Part shown: positions 7,182 through 16,292 of the stretch, piece after piece
How the letters are laid out: each line of letters begins with the position of its first letter
How positions within the stretch are numbered: position 1 is the stretch's first letter
IMG/VR virus record: IMGVR_UViG_3300006100_001445
DNA length: 64,000 bases
Direction: 5' to 3' (one strand)
From: an uncultured virus (IMG/VR IMGVR_UViG_3300006100_001445)
Taxonomy: Duplodnaviria > Heunggongvirae > Uroviricota > Caudoviricetes
Notes under the pieces: model-generated
What the model saw: only the letters and a program-made list of their open reading frames with translations
What the model was told of the DNA's origin: nothing
Databases searched by the model: none
Position numbers and translations under genes: made by a program

Positions 7182-8270
7182 ATGACATCGCAAGATATTG
7201 GCATTTACATATCTGACGAGTCAAATAGGTTTTTTCATCATCACATTAGACGATCTGTTGGCCCGGGCCAACAGTGGTCTTACTATCGAACTCCATCTGA
7301 TTTAATAAGTCGCAATCACTCTAGAAAAGTTGCTTGTTTGCAAATACCGTATCCGTACGACGACATCATTGAACAACAAATTGACCAGCTGTACGATCAC
7401 GTGGATGCAATCCTGATACTTGGTAGCGAACTTCATATTGTCACTGTTGATTTTATAAGAAAATTTGATCGTCCCAAAATTGAATATTTTATCTGTGGTC
7501 GATTGAATCCACCGTTGCAACACAGTAAAACTCATCTGTTCCTTGAGTGGTTTATGACCACTACACATTTTTACAAAAACATAAGGCCCGAAACACTAGA
7601 CGTACTTCAACCGTATAATACAAAACCTTATGTGTTTGATGCTCTACTAGGACGCAAAAAATTGCACAGAGACAGATCCTACGATTTTATAAAAACAAAA
7701 GGTCTGGCAGACAAAGGTATAGTGACATATATGAATGACATCAATACCACCTTTACAGCAGAAAATTCAAATCAGTGGTTATGGGAAGATGAAGGATTAT
7801 CTGGGCAAGATCAAGTGCAATGGACTGTTGACCCGGTCAACTATTACGGTTATACCATGAGCCTGAGTCAGGTTATTCCGTTGACTGTATACAATCAGAC
7901 CGCATACAGTCTAGTGTGCGAAACCAATTGCGACCAAGACTATGTGTTCTTTACAGAAAAAACAGTCAAGCCAATCTTGGCACGTAGACCATTTATACTG
8001 GTGGCCAATAGATACAGCCTGGCGTTTTTGCGTGAGTTGGGATTTAGAACTTTTGACGGTATCATTGACGAAAGCTATGATGCAGTTGAAGGAATATACA
8101 ATCGTCAATTGACTGCATTGGCACAGTTGAAAGCCTTGTGTGATCAAGATCAGGAAAAAATATTAAACCAATGCAGAGAAATCGTAGATCACAACTTTGA
8201 TTTGATGTACAACACTGATTGGTACGACCGATTCAAGCAGCCATTTGTGGCAGCACTGACTGGTCGTTAG
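7182..8270 (+). CDS. glycosyltransferase-like protein (paralog family 1)
   Basis: YSLVCET..FFTEKTVKPILARRPF..LRELGFRTF..IDESYD shared with 12732 and 54704 ORFs. Confidence 0.6.
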   Translation: MTSQDIGIYISDESNRFFHHHIRRSVGPGQQWSYYRTPSDLISRNHSRKVACLQIPYPYDDIIEQQIDQLYDHVDAILILGSELHIVTVDFIRKFDRPKIEYFICGRLNPPLQHSKTHLFLEWFMTTTHFYKNIRPETLDVLQPYNTKPYVFDALLGRKKLHRDRSYDFIKTKGLADKGIVTYMNDINTTFTAENSNQWLWEDEGLSGQDQVQWTVDPVNYYGYTMSLSQVIPLTVYNQTAYSLVCETNCDQDYVFFTEKTVKPILARRPFILVANRYSLAFLRELGFRTFDGIIDESYDAVEGIYNRQLTALAQLKALCDQDQEKILNQCREIVDHNFDLMYNTDWYDRFKQPFVAALTGR

Positions 8271-9355
8271 TCAACAAATCCAAAATTGGCCCACTTGGCG
8301 CCACCTAGACTTACCCAACCCAACGGACCTCCCAGTGTGGGATTCGAATTAAACACCACAGTACCCTTGGGTTCATCAACAGCCGGCGGAAGATCACTGC
8401 TGTAAATTGATGTGCGACCAATGTTTAATCTTTTTACAGTTGTGGACCCATCTGGCAATACTGTAATGTTACGCTGTCCGTTGCTGTCGATTACCAACTG
8501 TTGCCCAGTGCGTGGCACACTGATAGTGGCAGTATTCTTTTCTAATTTACCAAGACCAATTTCAATTTCTTGATCCCAAATATCCAAAGCCTGTGTGGGC
8601 TGTAGTGTATTGATACCAACACGTTTGCTGGCCGCATACAAGGTATCGTCCAATAGTGTTTCGCCCGAGACTTGTAGTTCTTTTAATACTCCCAACTTTT
8701 GTAAATTGCTCACAGTAATGTCACTGCTCAGTGTGTTACCTGTGATTACTTCTCGGCCATTGACAGTGATCTTGGTAAGGTCCAAGCCGTTTTGAGTAAT
8801 TTGTTGAAATACCAGTGTGGAATATCTGTTGAACAGCGTTTGGTCCAGTCCGGTTAATACATTGTTTGCAACAGAATTAACAATGCTCACATACATAGGA
8901 CTAGATTCAGGCACACGACCGTTAACAATTAGGTCACCCTCGATTGTGGTTGAACCTTCGATAGTGGCCGCGCCTTTGACTGTGAGATCCTTGGTCAACA
9001 GGTTGTTTTCAACCACAGTGACATCGTCAAGTATGGTCAGCTGGCAAGCGGTAGCTTTGTCATCGATACCGGTACTGCCAAAGTTGGCAATGATGCCGCC
9101 GGCAACTTGGCTACCAGATATACGTAGATTGGCCGACTGTACTGACTCAGCCGGGATTGACTCGGCTGGAAATTCAAATTGTTCGTTGGCCAGTGACCCA
9201 GCAAACATTTGATTGAAGTATGTTTGTAACGGAATCGTACGCACCAAGGCAGAAACCTGTTCACGCACAATGCTTTCAACTTGGCTTTGTATGTTTGTGT
9301 TTACTTCTGCAATTATGTTTTCTACGATTTGTTTGAGTTGTTTATCTATGTCCAT
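8267..9355 (-). CDS. putative virion/fibre protein
   Basis: Beta-rich repeats, RVGINT motif, C-terminal GWVSLGGAKWANFG. Confidence 0.55.
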   Translation of the reverse strand: MDIDKQLKQIVENIIAEVNTNIQSQVESIVREQVSALVRTIPLQTYFNQMFAGSLANEQFEFPAESIPAESVQSANLRISGSQVAGGIIANFGSTGIDDKATACQLTILDDVTVVENNLLTKDLTVKGAATIEGSTTIEGDLIVNGRVPESSPMYVSIVNSVANNVLTGLDQTLFNRYSTLVFQQITQNGLDLTKITVNGREVITGNTLSSDITVSNLQKLGVLKELQVSGETLLDDTLYAASKRVGINTLQPTQALDIWDQEIEIGLGKLEKNTATISVPRTGQQLVIDSNGQRNITVLPDGSTTVKRLNIGRTSIYSSDLPPAVDEPKGTVVFNSNPTLGGPLGWVSLGGAKWANFGFVD

Positions 9356-10089
9356 TATTCGAATTGTATGCTAACCACGTGCTCGTAGTTCTTTTTGATT
9401 AAACTCTTGTACATCAAGTTTTTATGTACGAGGAAATTCACTGCTCCTGCGTCCATACTAAATTTTGCCAGCTGTTTGAAGAACATTGTGCGTCTTTGGA
9501 ATATACCATAAGATGCAAATTTGCTAGTTGGTTCATCTACTTCATAAACCATTGTGTCAAACAAGGTACGATCTTTCATATCCCAACTGTGATTTTCTAC
9601 GAACATTTTGGTATTTGAACCATTTCGTAACACCACCGGTTGACTGAATTCGCGATCTTTAAAATCCATATTTTTATAATCGCGTATTGTACTTATCACA
9701 AACGCTGTGGCCAGACTACAAATTTTAGCAATAGCGTCTTGTTGATCTTGGTCACTACCCGCAAATGTAAAATACTCGTCCATTGCAATAACACACTCAA
9801 AAGACTTGCGATAATCCGACAAATGCGCCGGATCAATATGGGTAAATTTTATACCGCGACTTTTAAGGTAATCCTGTGCGGCATCACTGATTTCTGTGAC
9901 CGCCAGGGTTTTGGCCTTGCAACTCAATATGGCTGGATTGAATCCTATAAATAATACCGAGGTCGGTTCAAGATTTTCAACGCGATAAACTCCGTCAAGA
10001 ATTTCTTGCTTACGTGCAACAACGTCGTCAATCTTGGGATTGAATGTCAAAGCCGAGAGAATAGTATCGGTATAGTTTGTAAATGTCAT
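9355..10089 (-). CDS. methyltransferase-fold-like protein
   Basis: SVLFIG..FECVIAMDEYFT pattern; start MTFTNY just after TAAATA. Confidence 0.45.
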   Translation of the reverse strand: MTFTNYTDTILSALTFNPKIDDVVARKQEILDGVYRVENLEPTSVLFIGFNPAILSCKAKTLAVTEISDAAQDYLKSRGIKFTHIDPAHLSDYRKSFECVIAMDEYFTFAGSDQDQQDAIAKICSLATAFVISTIRDYKNMDFKDREFSQPVVLRNGSNTKMFVENHSWDMKDRTLFDTMVYEVDEPTSKFASYGIFQRRTMFFKQLAKFSMDAGAVNFLVHKNLMYKSLIKKNYEHVVSIQFE

Positions 10090-10103
10090 AGTGCAAGTAT
10101 TTA

Positions 10104-11018
10104 TTACAAACCGCGTAATAAATCTAGTGTAACACAATGAAATCCACCGCCTAGTGTACGACTGTGACGCAATTCCAGGGGTACGACTGTAAAATGCCAG
10201 TTCTCTAATGTTTTAATCAGCTTGGGTTGGTTCTTATCTACAATAACAGTATTGGGATCAACTACTAACATATTCATAGCGATCCATTTGCTGGCATAGG
10301 GATATTGATAAAAGTCCTGTGCTACCACATCCTTGACATATATCTTGTTCCAACCATCAAATACTCGGGGGCAAGTTGCTTCAGTAACACGTGATGCATT
10401 CAGCATGACCAAGCCTTCGCGCAATGGTACAATAGTGCTGTCAATATGTACACCTGCATAAAAATTGCACAGTTCAATGTTTACATCGGGAAACTGTTTG
10501 CACAGCCATTCATATGCTGCTCGATTGCCGCTGGCACTTTCTAAGAACAACATACTGTCACCTAGCCGTGCCACGTTGGCTGCATCCAATACCAATCCTT
10601 GATCTCTGGGCATTGATATGATATTTTGTGTGTGATTCGTCACACAATCCAGAGCAAATATTTCTTGATCTCTGCAAGGATACATCATTGCACAGTCTAT
10701 CACTGTGTTGCCGTATACCAACAGCCGGTCCCTGGGACAATAGTTGTACATACCACCAGTCAGTCGATAATTTCTATTGCTGGGTCTGTGTACTTCTACA
10801 CCTAGACTAACTAGAGTTTTTGCTAGTATATCAAGATCCTGATTAGACTCATCAACAATGTGCTTGGGTACCGGACCTGAAGGTACCGGTGTTTCTTTCC
10901 ACAAGGTCTTTTCTGACTCTAGAGCAAATACTGGATCGTCACTGGGCCAGTTTGCATAATTGGCTGACCCAACCACTATGGATCGAAGGGTGTCCCACTC
11001 GTTGTAACTGCTGATCAT
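10104..11018 (-). CDS. amidinotransferase (glycine/inosamine-phosphate amidinotransferase family)
   Basis: SYNEWDTL, NYCPRD, DAAN, HIDST, GGGFHCVTLD (catalytic Asp/His/Cys). Confidence 0.92.
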   Translation of the reverse strand: MISSYNEWDTLRSIVVGSANYANWPSDDPVFALESEKTLWKETPVPSGPVPKHIVDESNQDLDILAKTLVSLGVEVHRPSNRNYRLTGGMYNYCPRDRLLVYGNTVIDCAMMYPCRDQEIFALDCVTNHTQNIISMPRDQGLVLDAANVARLGDSMLFLESASGNRAAYEWLCKQFPDVNIELCNFYAGVHIDSTIVPLREGLVMLNASRVTEATCPRVFDGWNKIYVKDVVAQDFYQYPYASKWIAMNMLVVDPNTVIVDKNQPKLIKTLENWHFTVVPLELRHSRTLGGGFHCVTLDLLRGL

Positions 11019-11533
11019 AAGTGCCCTGTAATTTGAAGTGTATATCGCGGAGTTGAACCCACGTTGGCTGCCATATGGCTGGTATCGTACTGCCATTCTA
11101 CTGTGGCTCCGGCAGACCAATTCACAAAAGGTACGTCTAGGTATTCGGCATAATGCCCTGGTTGCCAATCTTCCAAAAACACAATGGCGCGGCGTATAGT
11201 TTCTTCTCGACCTTGCAAGCCAAACAGCTCAACATATTTTACATATAGATCACTATGTGTGGGCAACACAGTACCCGGGCCCATACGATAGTAACTGGTA
11301 CCAATGTCTTTCCAACCCAGCGTTTCATATATTTCTACAAACTTGTTGTTCCAACTAGGTTGTGTGCCACGCATATCACACATATCTCCAGTGAACTTGG
11401 GAGGAAAACCCAATTCAATCCAGTGACGTGCATTGGCATTGTCGTTGAAAGGTTCGTTGACATAGTTTAAGTTTTTAAACTCGTCGTCCCAGAACCGTTC
11501 AATGTGATATTTAATTAGCACGGGTGTTGCCAT
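11015..11533 (-). CDS. 2OG-Fe(II) dioxygenase / Asp-beta-hydroxylase-like
   Basis: LPTHSD ... HMAANVGSTPRYTLQI (HxD..H..R). Confidence 0.75.
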   Translation of the reverse strand: MATPVLIKYHIERFWDDEFKNLNYVNEPFNDNANARHWIELGFPPKFTGDMCDMRGTQPSWNNKFVEIYETLGWKDIGTSYYRMGPGTVLPTHSDLYVKYVELFGLQGREETIRRAIVFLEDWQPGHYAEYLDVPFVNWSAGATVEWQYDTSHMAANVGSTPRYTLQITGHL

Positions 11534-12728
11534 AATGTATAACTCGAAGATTACCGTTCTGTGGATACCGGCGCCAAGGATCAATAACGATACTGCCCTG
11601 GTCAAAAATGCAATAGGTAGGTTGATTTTCAGTAACTCCAGCATAGCCATAGGTCACCTGTTGATTGTGTGCCAACAAGATGCAACCTTTAACAACCGAC
11701 GGATTTGAAGGTTCAGTCAAGGGATCAATGTAGACCGGATCAATGCCCATCTCTTTTAAATAGTAACCTACCAACAGACTGTAACTGCCTTCAAGATATT
11801 CTACACCCGGTTTGTATGCTTTACCGTGAATGTACACTGGCAGTCCTTCGCAATGGTCATAGATAAAACGTGCCATATTTTTTGCCTGTTGTTCACGTGC
11901 TTTCATGATGGTGTCAAAAATATCGTAACCAATGTCCAGCGTTTCTGCTAGGTAACGCAAGGCAATGTTGTCGCGTGGATGGCAAGGTCCTGCGTCGCCC
12001 ATACCTGCTGTCATATACTTGGGTCCCATGATACGCATAGTACTGTTGGCCAATGCCGCAGTGACCACGTCCACGTTGATGTTGCCTTGTTTGATAGCCA
12101 CGTCTTGTATCATATTGACCAGGCCAATCTTGGCACTAATGAATGTGTTGTAAAACACTTTGATACATTCTACTTCGTCCCAGGTACCAACTACGTAACG
12201 TGGGTCGTTCTCCATTATTGTTTTATAGAAGTCAATCAGCTCTCTAGCATCGCCAGTTTCGCTACCGTCTTCGGTACCAATCATAACCATCTCGGGGTTG
12301 ACCATGTCCCATTCAACTGATCCCATAGCAATAAGGTAAGGATTGTAAATGAAACGTGCATTGGTAATGTTGTTCCTCAGTTCGCGCCGTGTAGTGCCGG
12401 GAAGAACTGTTGAGATAAGGACTACTAATTGTTCGGGTTTGGCATATTGATTGACATCTGCCAACACTTGATTTACGATTGTGTAATCAAAATCTTTGTT
12501 GCGTAAATGAGTAATAGGTTGATCGCCGCCGTAAATAGGATCGTGCGGTGTTTGTACCGCAATAAAGATGAGATCTTTACCGGTTACCGCTTCTTCAAGA
12601 TTGGTTGCAATCTTAATTTTGTCGCTAGTGCGTGGATAAATATCATAACCAGTTACTGTGTGCTTGCTGGCCATTACTTCGGCACAAGCCATACCCAATT
12701 TACCAATACCAATAAACCCTACATTCAT
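11511..12728 (-). CDS. ugd: UDP-glucose/GDP-mannose 6-dehydrogenase
   Basis: GIGKLG Rossmann motif, AVQTP, STVLPG, KVFYN, GDAGPCHPRD. Confidence 0.9.
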   Translation of the reverse strand: MNVGFIGIGKLGMACAEVMASKHTVTGYDIYPRTSDKIKIATNLEEAVTGKDLIFIAVQTPHDPIYGGDQPITHLRNKDFDYTIVNQVLADVNQYAKPEQLVVLISTVLPGTTRRELRNNITNARFIYNPYLIAMGSVEWDMVNPEMVMIGTEDGSETGDARELIDFYKTIMENDPRYVVGTWDEVECIKVFYNTFISAKIGLVNMIQDVAIKQGNINVDVVTAALANSTMRIMGPKYMTAGMGDAGPCHPRDNIALRYLAETLDIGYDIFDTIMKAREQQAKNMARFIYDHCEGLPVYIHGKAYKPGVEYLEGSYSLLVGYYLKEMGIDPVYIDPLTEPSNPSVVKGCILLAHNQQVTYGYAGVTENQPTYCIFDQGSIVIDPWRRYPQNGNLRVIHYGNTRAN

Positions 12729-12731
12729 TCG

Positions 12732-13955
12732 ATGTTCTCCTTAGACAGATTCTATAACATTCTTCACAGCAACTTAATTTCTCAATTTAGAAATGGGCGT
12801 AGTGTGTATTTTTACCCATTTGGCACTTACCAAAATACCGTATTCTTAAGCGACTCTGTTGATACCAGCGAAAATCAAAAACCCTTTGTTTGGAATCATC
12901 ACTGGCAAGCTGATAAAACGTTTTTTCATTGTTACTTTTTTGATCAAGAACCCTTCTATGATTATACCACCACAGAAGTAAAAAAGTCTATACTCACACT
13001 GGATCGAGAAATGTCAAGACCTACTCAGATCAACCTGTTGGCAACCAGTGAAAGATCCGGTGTTGTTTTGGACTATGCAAAACAAAACAAGTTCTATAAT
13101 TGGTATTATTTCTTTCACGGATTTGCCACGTTAGATTGGTATAGAGATTTTCAGTATGTAAACTCAGATTCTTTTAATCGATATTCTAAAGTATTTATAT
13201 GCTACAATCACTTGACGTCAAATTTACGTTCATATCGACTGCATTTGGTTTCAAACTTGATAGATCAAGATTTGTTACAGCACGGGCGTGTCAGTCTGTT
13301 TCACACCGGTTGGCAGGAAACCATACAAGATGCCGAAAACCCATTGGATAATCGTGCAAGGGTAAAAATATACAATGCCCTTAAAGATATCAAAGATCCC
13401 CTGATTATAGATACTGTCAATCCCAATGGCGCTCTCAGTGCCAATGTTAACCTGGATGAGTTGACCAGTGCGCTGTGGCACATAGTGACAGAAACCATTT
13501 ACTACGATCCCAAGCTACACCTGACAGAAAAGATCTTTAAACCTATCGTGAGTCGGCGTCCGTTTATACTGGCAGCAGCTCCAGGTAACTTGGCCTATTT
13601 AAAGAGCTACGGGTTTCGTACATTTGATCAGTGGATAGACGAAAGCTACGACGAGGAGCCAGATCATTATATACGCATAGAAAATATCACAGAACAAATC
13701 AAACGCTTGTGTGCATTGACGCCAGAGGAATTAAAAACAATGCATATAGAAATGCAAGAAACGCTGGAATACAATTTCCATCACTTTTACGGCCGTTTTA
13801 AAGACACGATTGTTGACGAATTGGTTGATAATTTTGCTAATATATTGGATCAAATCAACGTTGGCCGTACACCCAATAACCACAGCCGCCATCATCAACG
13901 ATTTGAACTGTCCCCAGAATATTTGCTAGAGGTAAAATCCCGACTCAAGCAATAA
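12732..13955 (+). CDS. glycosyltransferase-like protein (paralog family 1)
   Basis: WHIVTET..HLTEKIFKPIVSRRPF..LKSYGFRTF..IDESYD; start placed at MFSLDR. Confidence 0.6.
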   Translation: MFSLDRFYNILHSNLISQFRNGRSVYFYPFGTYQNTVFLSDSVDTSENQKPFVWNHHWQADKTFFHCYFFDQEPFYDYTTTEVKKSILTLDREMSRPTQINLLATSERSGVVLDYAKQNKFYNWYYFFHGFATLDWYRDFQYVNSDSFNRYSKVFICYNHLTSNLRSYRLHLVSNLIDQDLLQHGRVSLFHTGWQETIQDAENPLDNRARVKIYNALKDIKDPLIIDTVNPNGALSANVNLDELTSALWHIVTETIYYDPKLHLTEKIFKPIVSRRPFILAAAPGNLAYLKSYGFRTFDQWIDESYDEEPDHYIRIENITEQIKRLCALTPEELKTMHIEMQETLEYNFHHFYGRFKDTIVDELVDNFANILDQINVGRTPNNHSRHHQRFELSPEYLLEVKSRLKQ

Positions 13956-14006
13956 ATACTTGTACATTAAGAACAGTATCAAGCTGTCGTGTATCAAGGA
14001 GCAGGT

Positions 14007-14288
14007 ATGGGAGAAATATTCAAGATCATTGGAGAACTGGGGCTTCCGGTAGTGGCAGCATTGGCCGGCGGATACTTTGTATTCTTGACGATCAAGCTAT
14101 TGTTAGGCGGTGTGCTCAGCAGCGTTAAAGGTATGGCTGGTATTATTACTGCTTTAGATAATAGAGTAAAAACAATGAATCACGACGTGATTCGCATTGA
14201 TACTGTGGTGAGCAATGCGTTGGGCCTGCGCCCAGATGTGGATCGTATCAGTAGAGCCGACGGCAAAACAGATGCCCGGAGAGATTGA
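14007..14288 (+). CDS. small TM + coiled-coil protein
   Basis: AAGGAG SD, TAAATA upstream; paralog of 15150..15467. Confidence 0.75.
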   Translation: MGEIFKIIGELGLPVVAALAGGYFVFLTIKLLLGGVLSSVKGMAGIITALDNRVKTMNHDVIRIDTVVSNALGLRPDVDRISRADGKTDARRD

Positions 14289-14476
14289 TGATACACTACG
14301 ATTATATCTGGGACCTATACCCCAACTATCTTAAACTAGACGAAGAGTTGCCAGTAGATAAACTAGGCTGGCACGAAGGCGATCTGTTTCAACTTGTAAC
14401 AACCGACAGTGGCGCACGACTACTTAAAAAAGTGGACCCATTGGAAAAATTCACAAGAGGATACAGCAATGAGTAA
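14285..14476 (+). CDS. AbrB/MazE-like small protein
   Basis: KLGWHEGDLF motif. Confidence 0.5.
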   Translation: MMIHYDYIWDLYPNYLKLDEELPVDKLGWHEGDLFQLVTTDSGARLLKKVDPLEKFTRGYSNE

Positions 14477-14594
14477 CTTAAAATGGAACCCGGGAGATCA
14501 TCCATTGGACCAACAACTGTGGACTGACAAAGATTTGATCAAATGGATGACATTTGCATTTATAACAGGATTAATCATAGGATACATATTATGA
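14469..14594 (+). CDS. 41-aa membrane microprotein
   Basis: GAGG SD, C-terminal TM, overlaps neighbours. Confidence 0.55.
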   Translation: MSNLKWNPGDHPLDQQLWTDKDLIKWMTFAFITGLIIGYIL

Positions 14595-15148
14595 GTCTAT
14601 TAGACAGCGCATTAAATTTAATCAGCAAGGGTCGTAAAGAACCCCTGACAGGCTCACGTAGCGAACGTGAAGCCAAGATCAAAGACAAAGCCGGTATGGT
14701 CATCAACGTGTTTGCAGCATTGTTGGCATTCAACACAGTTATTGGCGGCGGTTTAAGTAGTACTGTTATGAACAATACTATCAAAGCCAATGACCTGTGG
14801 AATTTTTATCAAGCTAAAAGTATCAAACAAACACAGTACGAATTGGCTGCGCAACAGTCCAAAGATCCTGTGTTGGCCAAACAATGGGCCGACAAAGCTG
14901 CCAGCTACGAAGAAGGTACCGAAGGCAAGAAAGCATTATACACAGAGGCAAAGAGATTAGAAGCCGAACGTGATTTGGCTAAAAAGAAATCACCTTGGAT
15001 CGGATATGCATCAACAGCATATCAACTGGCAATCGTATTGTTGTCTGCAAGTATTCTAGCAGTACGTATGGAACTGTTTTGGGCCAGCTTCTTGGTTGCC
15101 GGAATGGGATTGTTGCTGATGAGCCAGGGCCTCTGGTTGTGGATGTAA
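14591..15148 (+). CDS. DUF4337-like membrane protein
   Basis: ANDLWNFYQAKSIKQ motif; TM, coiled-coil, then two TMs. Confidence 0.75.
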   Translation: MSLLDSALNLISKGRKEPLTGSRSEREAKIKDKAGMVINVFAALLAFNTVIGGGLSSTVMNNTIKANDLWNFYQAKSIKQTQYELAAQQSKDPVLAKQWADKAASYEEGTEGKKALYTEAKRLEAERDLAKKKSPWIGYASTAYQLAIVLLSASILAVRMELFWASFLVAGMGLLLMSQGLWLWM

Positions 15149-15149
15149 T

Positions 15150-15467
15150 ATGGGCGATATAGCAGAACTGATCAACAAGTATGGCTTTCCCATTATCATG
15201 GCAGTGGGAATGGGCTACATTATTCATTATGTGTGGCATTGGGCCACTACCGAAGTCAAGCCTGTTATTTCGGATGCCAACACAGTTCTTATTGCTCTTA
15301 TTGATCGTATCCGTATGTTGGACAATGATCTAATTAGATTAAATCAAAAAGTAAACACAGTATTACACCTACGTGGTAAAACTATTGAACACGAACGTGT
15401 AGAAGCAGAAAAATCTATTAACAAAAAATCCGAAGATGATCAAATAGCATCAGGCGGAAACGACTAA
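15150..15467 (+). CDS. small TM + coiled-coil protein
   Basis: YGFPIIMAVGMGY..LIALIDRIRMLDNDLIRL; paralog of 14007..14288. Confidence 0.75.
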   Translation: MGDIAELINKYGFPIIMAVGMGYIIHYVWHWATTEVKPVISDANTVLIALIDRIRMLDNDLIRLNQKVNTVLHLRGKTIEHERVEAEKSINKKSEDDQIASGGND

Positions 15468-15469
15468 CA

Positions 15470-16189
15470 ATGACATTAATATTATACATCCTGGTGATGA
15501 CTCACATCACCATAGCCTGCGTTACACTTTATTTACATCGTAGCCAAGCACATCGATCAGTCACGTTTGATACACGTGTACAACACTTTATGCGATTCTG
15601 GTTGTGGCTTACCACTGGTATGGTTACCAAGCAATGGGTAGCAACACATCGTAAACATCATCGTTATACAGATGGAGAAGGTGATCCGCATAGTCCTCAC
15701 GTGTACGGCATTTGGCAAATATTCTTGGGTGGTGCGTTTTATTATGCCGATGCAGCACGGGATCAAGAAATGGTCGACACCTATGGAGCCGGCACACCCA
15801 ACGACTGGATGGAACGCAATGTGTATACTAGATTTAACTTTGTGGGTATTGTGTTGATGTTCTTTATCAACTGTGCCGTATGGGGCTGGGCCTGGGGTTG
15901 GTTGCCTTGGTTATGGCAAATGGTTTGGATTCCATTATGGGCAGCTGGTGTAATCAACGGCTTTGGTCACTGGTGGGGTTATCGTAATACCAGGACCAAC
16001 GATTACTCAACTAATATTGTGCCTTGGGCGTTCTTTATTGGTGGAGAAGAATTACACAACAATCATCACGCAGATCCGGCCAGTGCCAAATTAAGTATGA
16101 AACCTTGGGAATGGGATTTGGGTTGGACTTATATACAACTACTTAGACGTTGCGGGCTTGCAAAGGTTCGCGCTCTTGATGCCGTTTAA
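15470..16189 (+). CDS. membrane fatty acid (delta-9, DesA-type) desaturase
   Basis: His boxes HRSQAH, HRKHH, HNNHH; DPHSP, GHWWGYRN. Confidence 0.95.
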   Translation: MTLILYILVMTHITIACVTLYLHRSQAHRSVTFDTRVQHFMRFWLWLTTGMVTKQWVATHRKHHRYTDGEGDPHSPHVYGIWQIFLGGAFYYADAARDQEMVDTYGAGTPNDWMERNVYTRFNFVGIVLMFFINCAVWGWAWGWLPWLWQMVWIPLWAAGVINGFGHWWGYRNTRTNDYSTNIVPWAFFIGGEELHNNHHADPASAKLSMKPWEWDLGWTYIQLLRRCGLAKVRALDAV

Positions 16190-16292
16190 ACTATAAACAC
16201 TGACCCACTGATCAACTTCACTACCAAGCTCGGGCAATCTGTACGGTAAAAAATACAACTGCAACATCCACCATACATAGTTATCAATACCG

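Noticed and set aside
12507..12731. Long N-terminal extension of the 12507..13955 ORF
   Set aside because: Overlaps ugd antisense by over 200 nt; ATG 12732 is more plausible.
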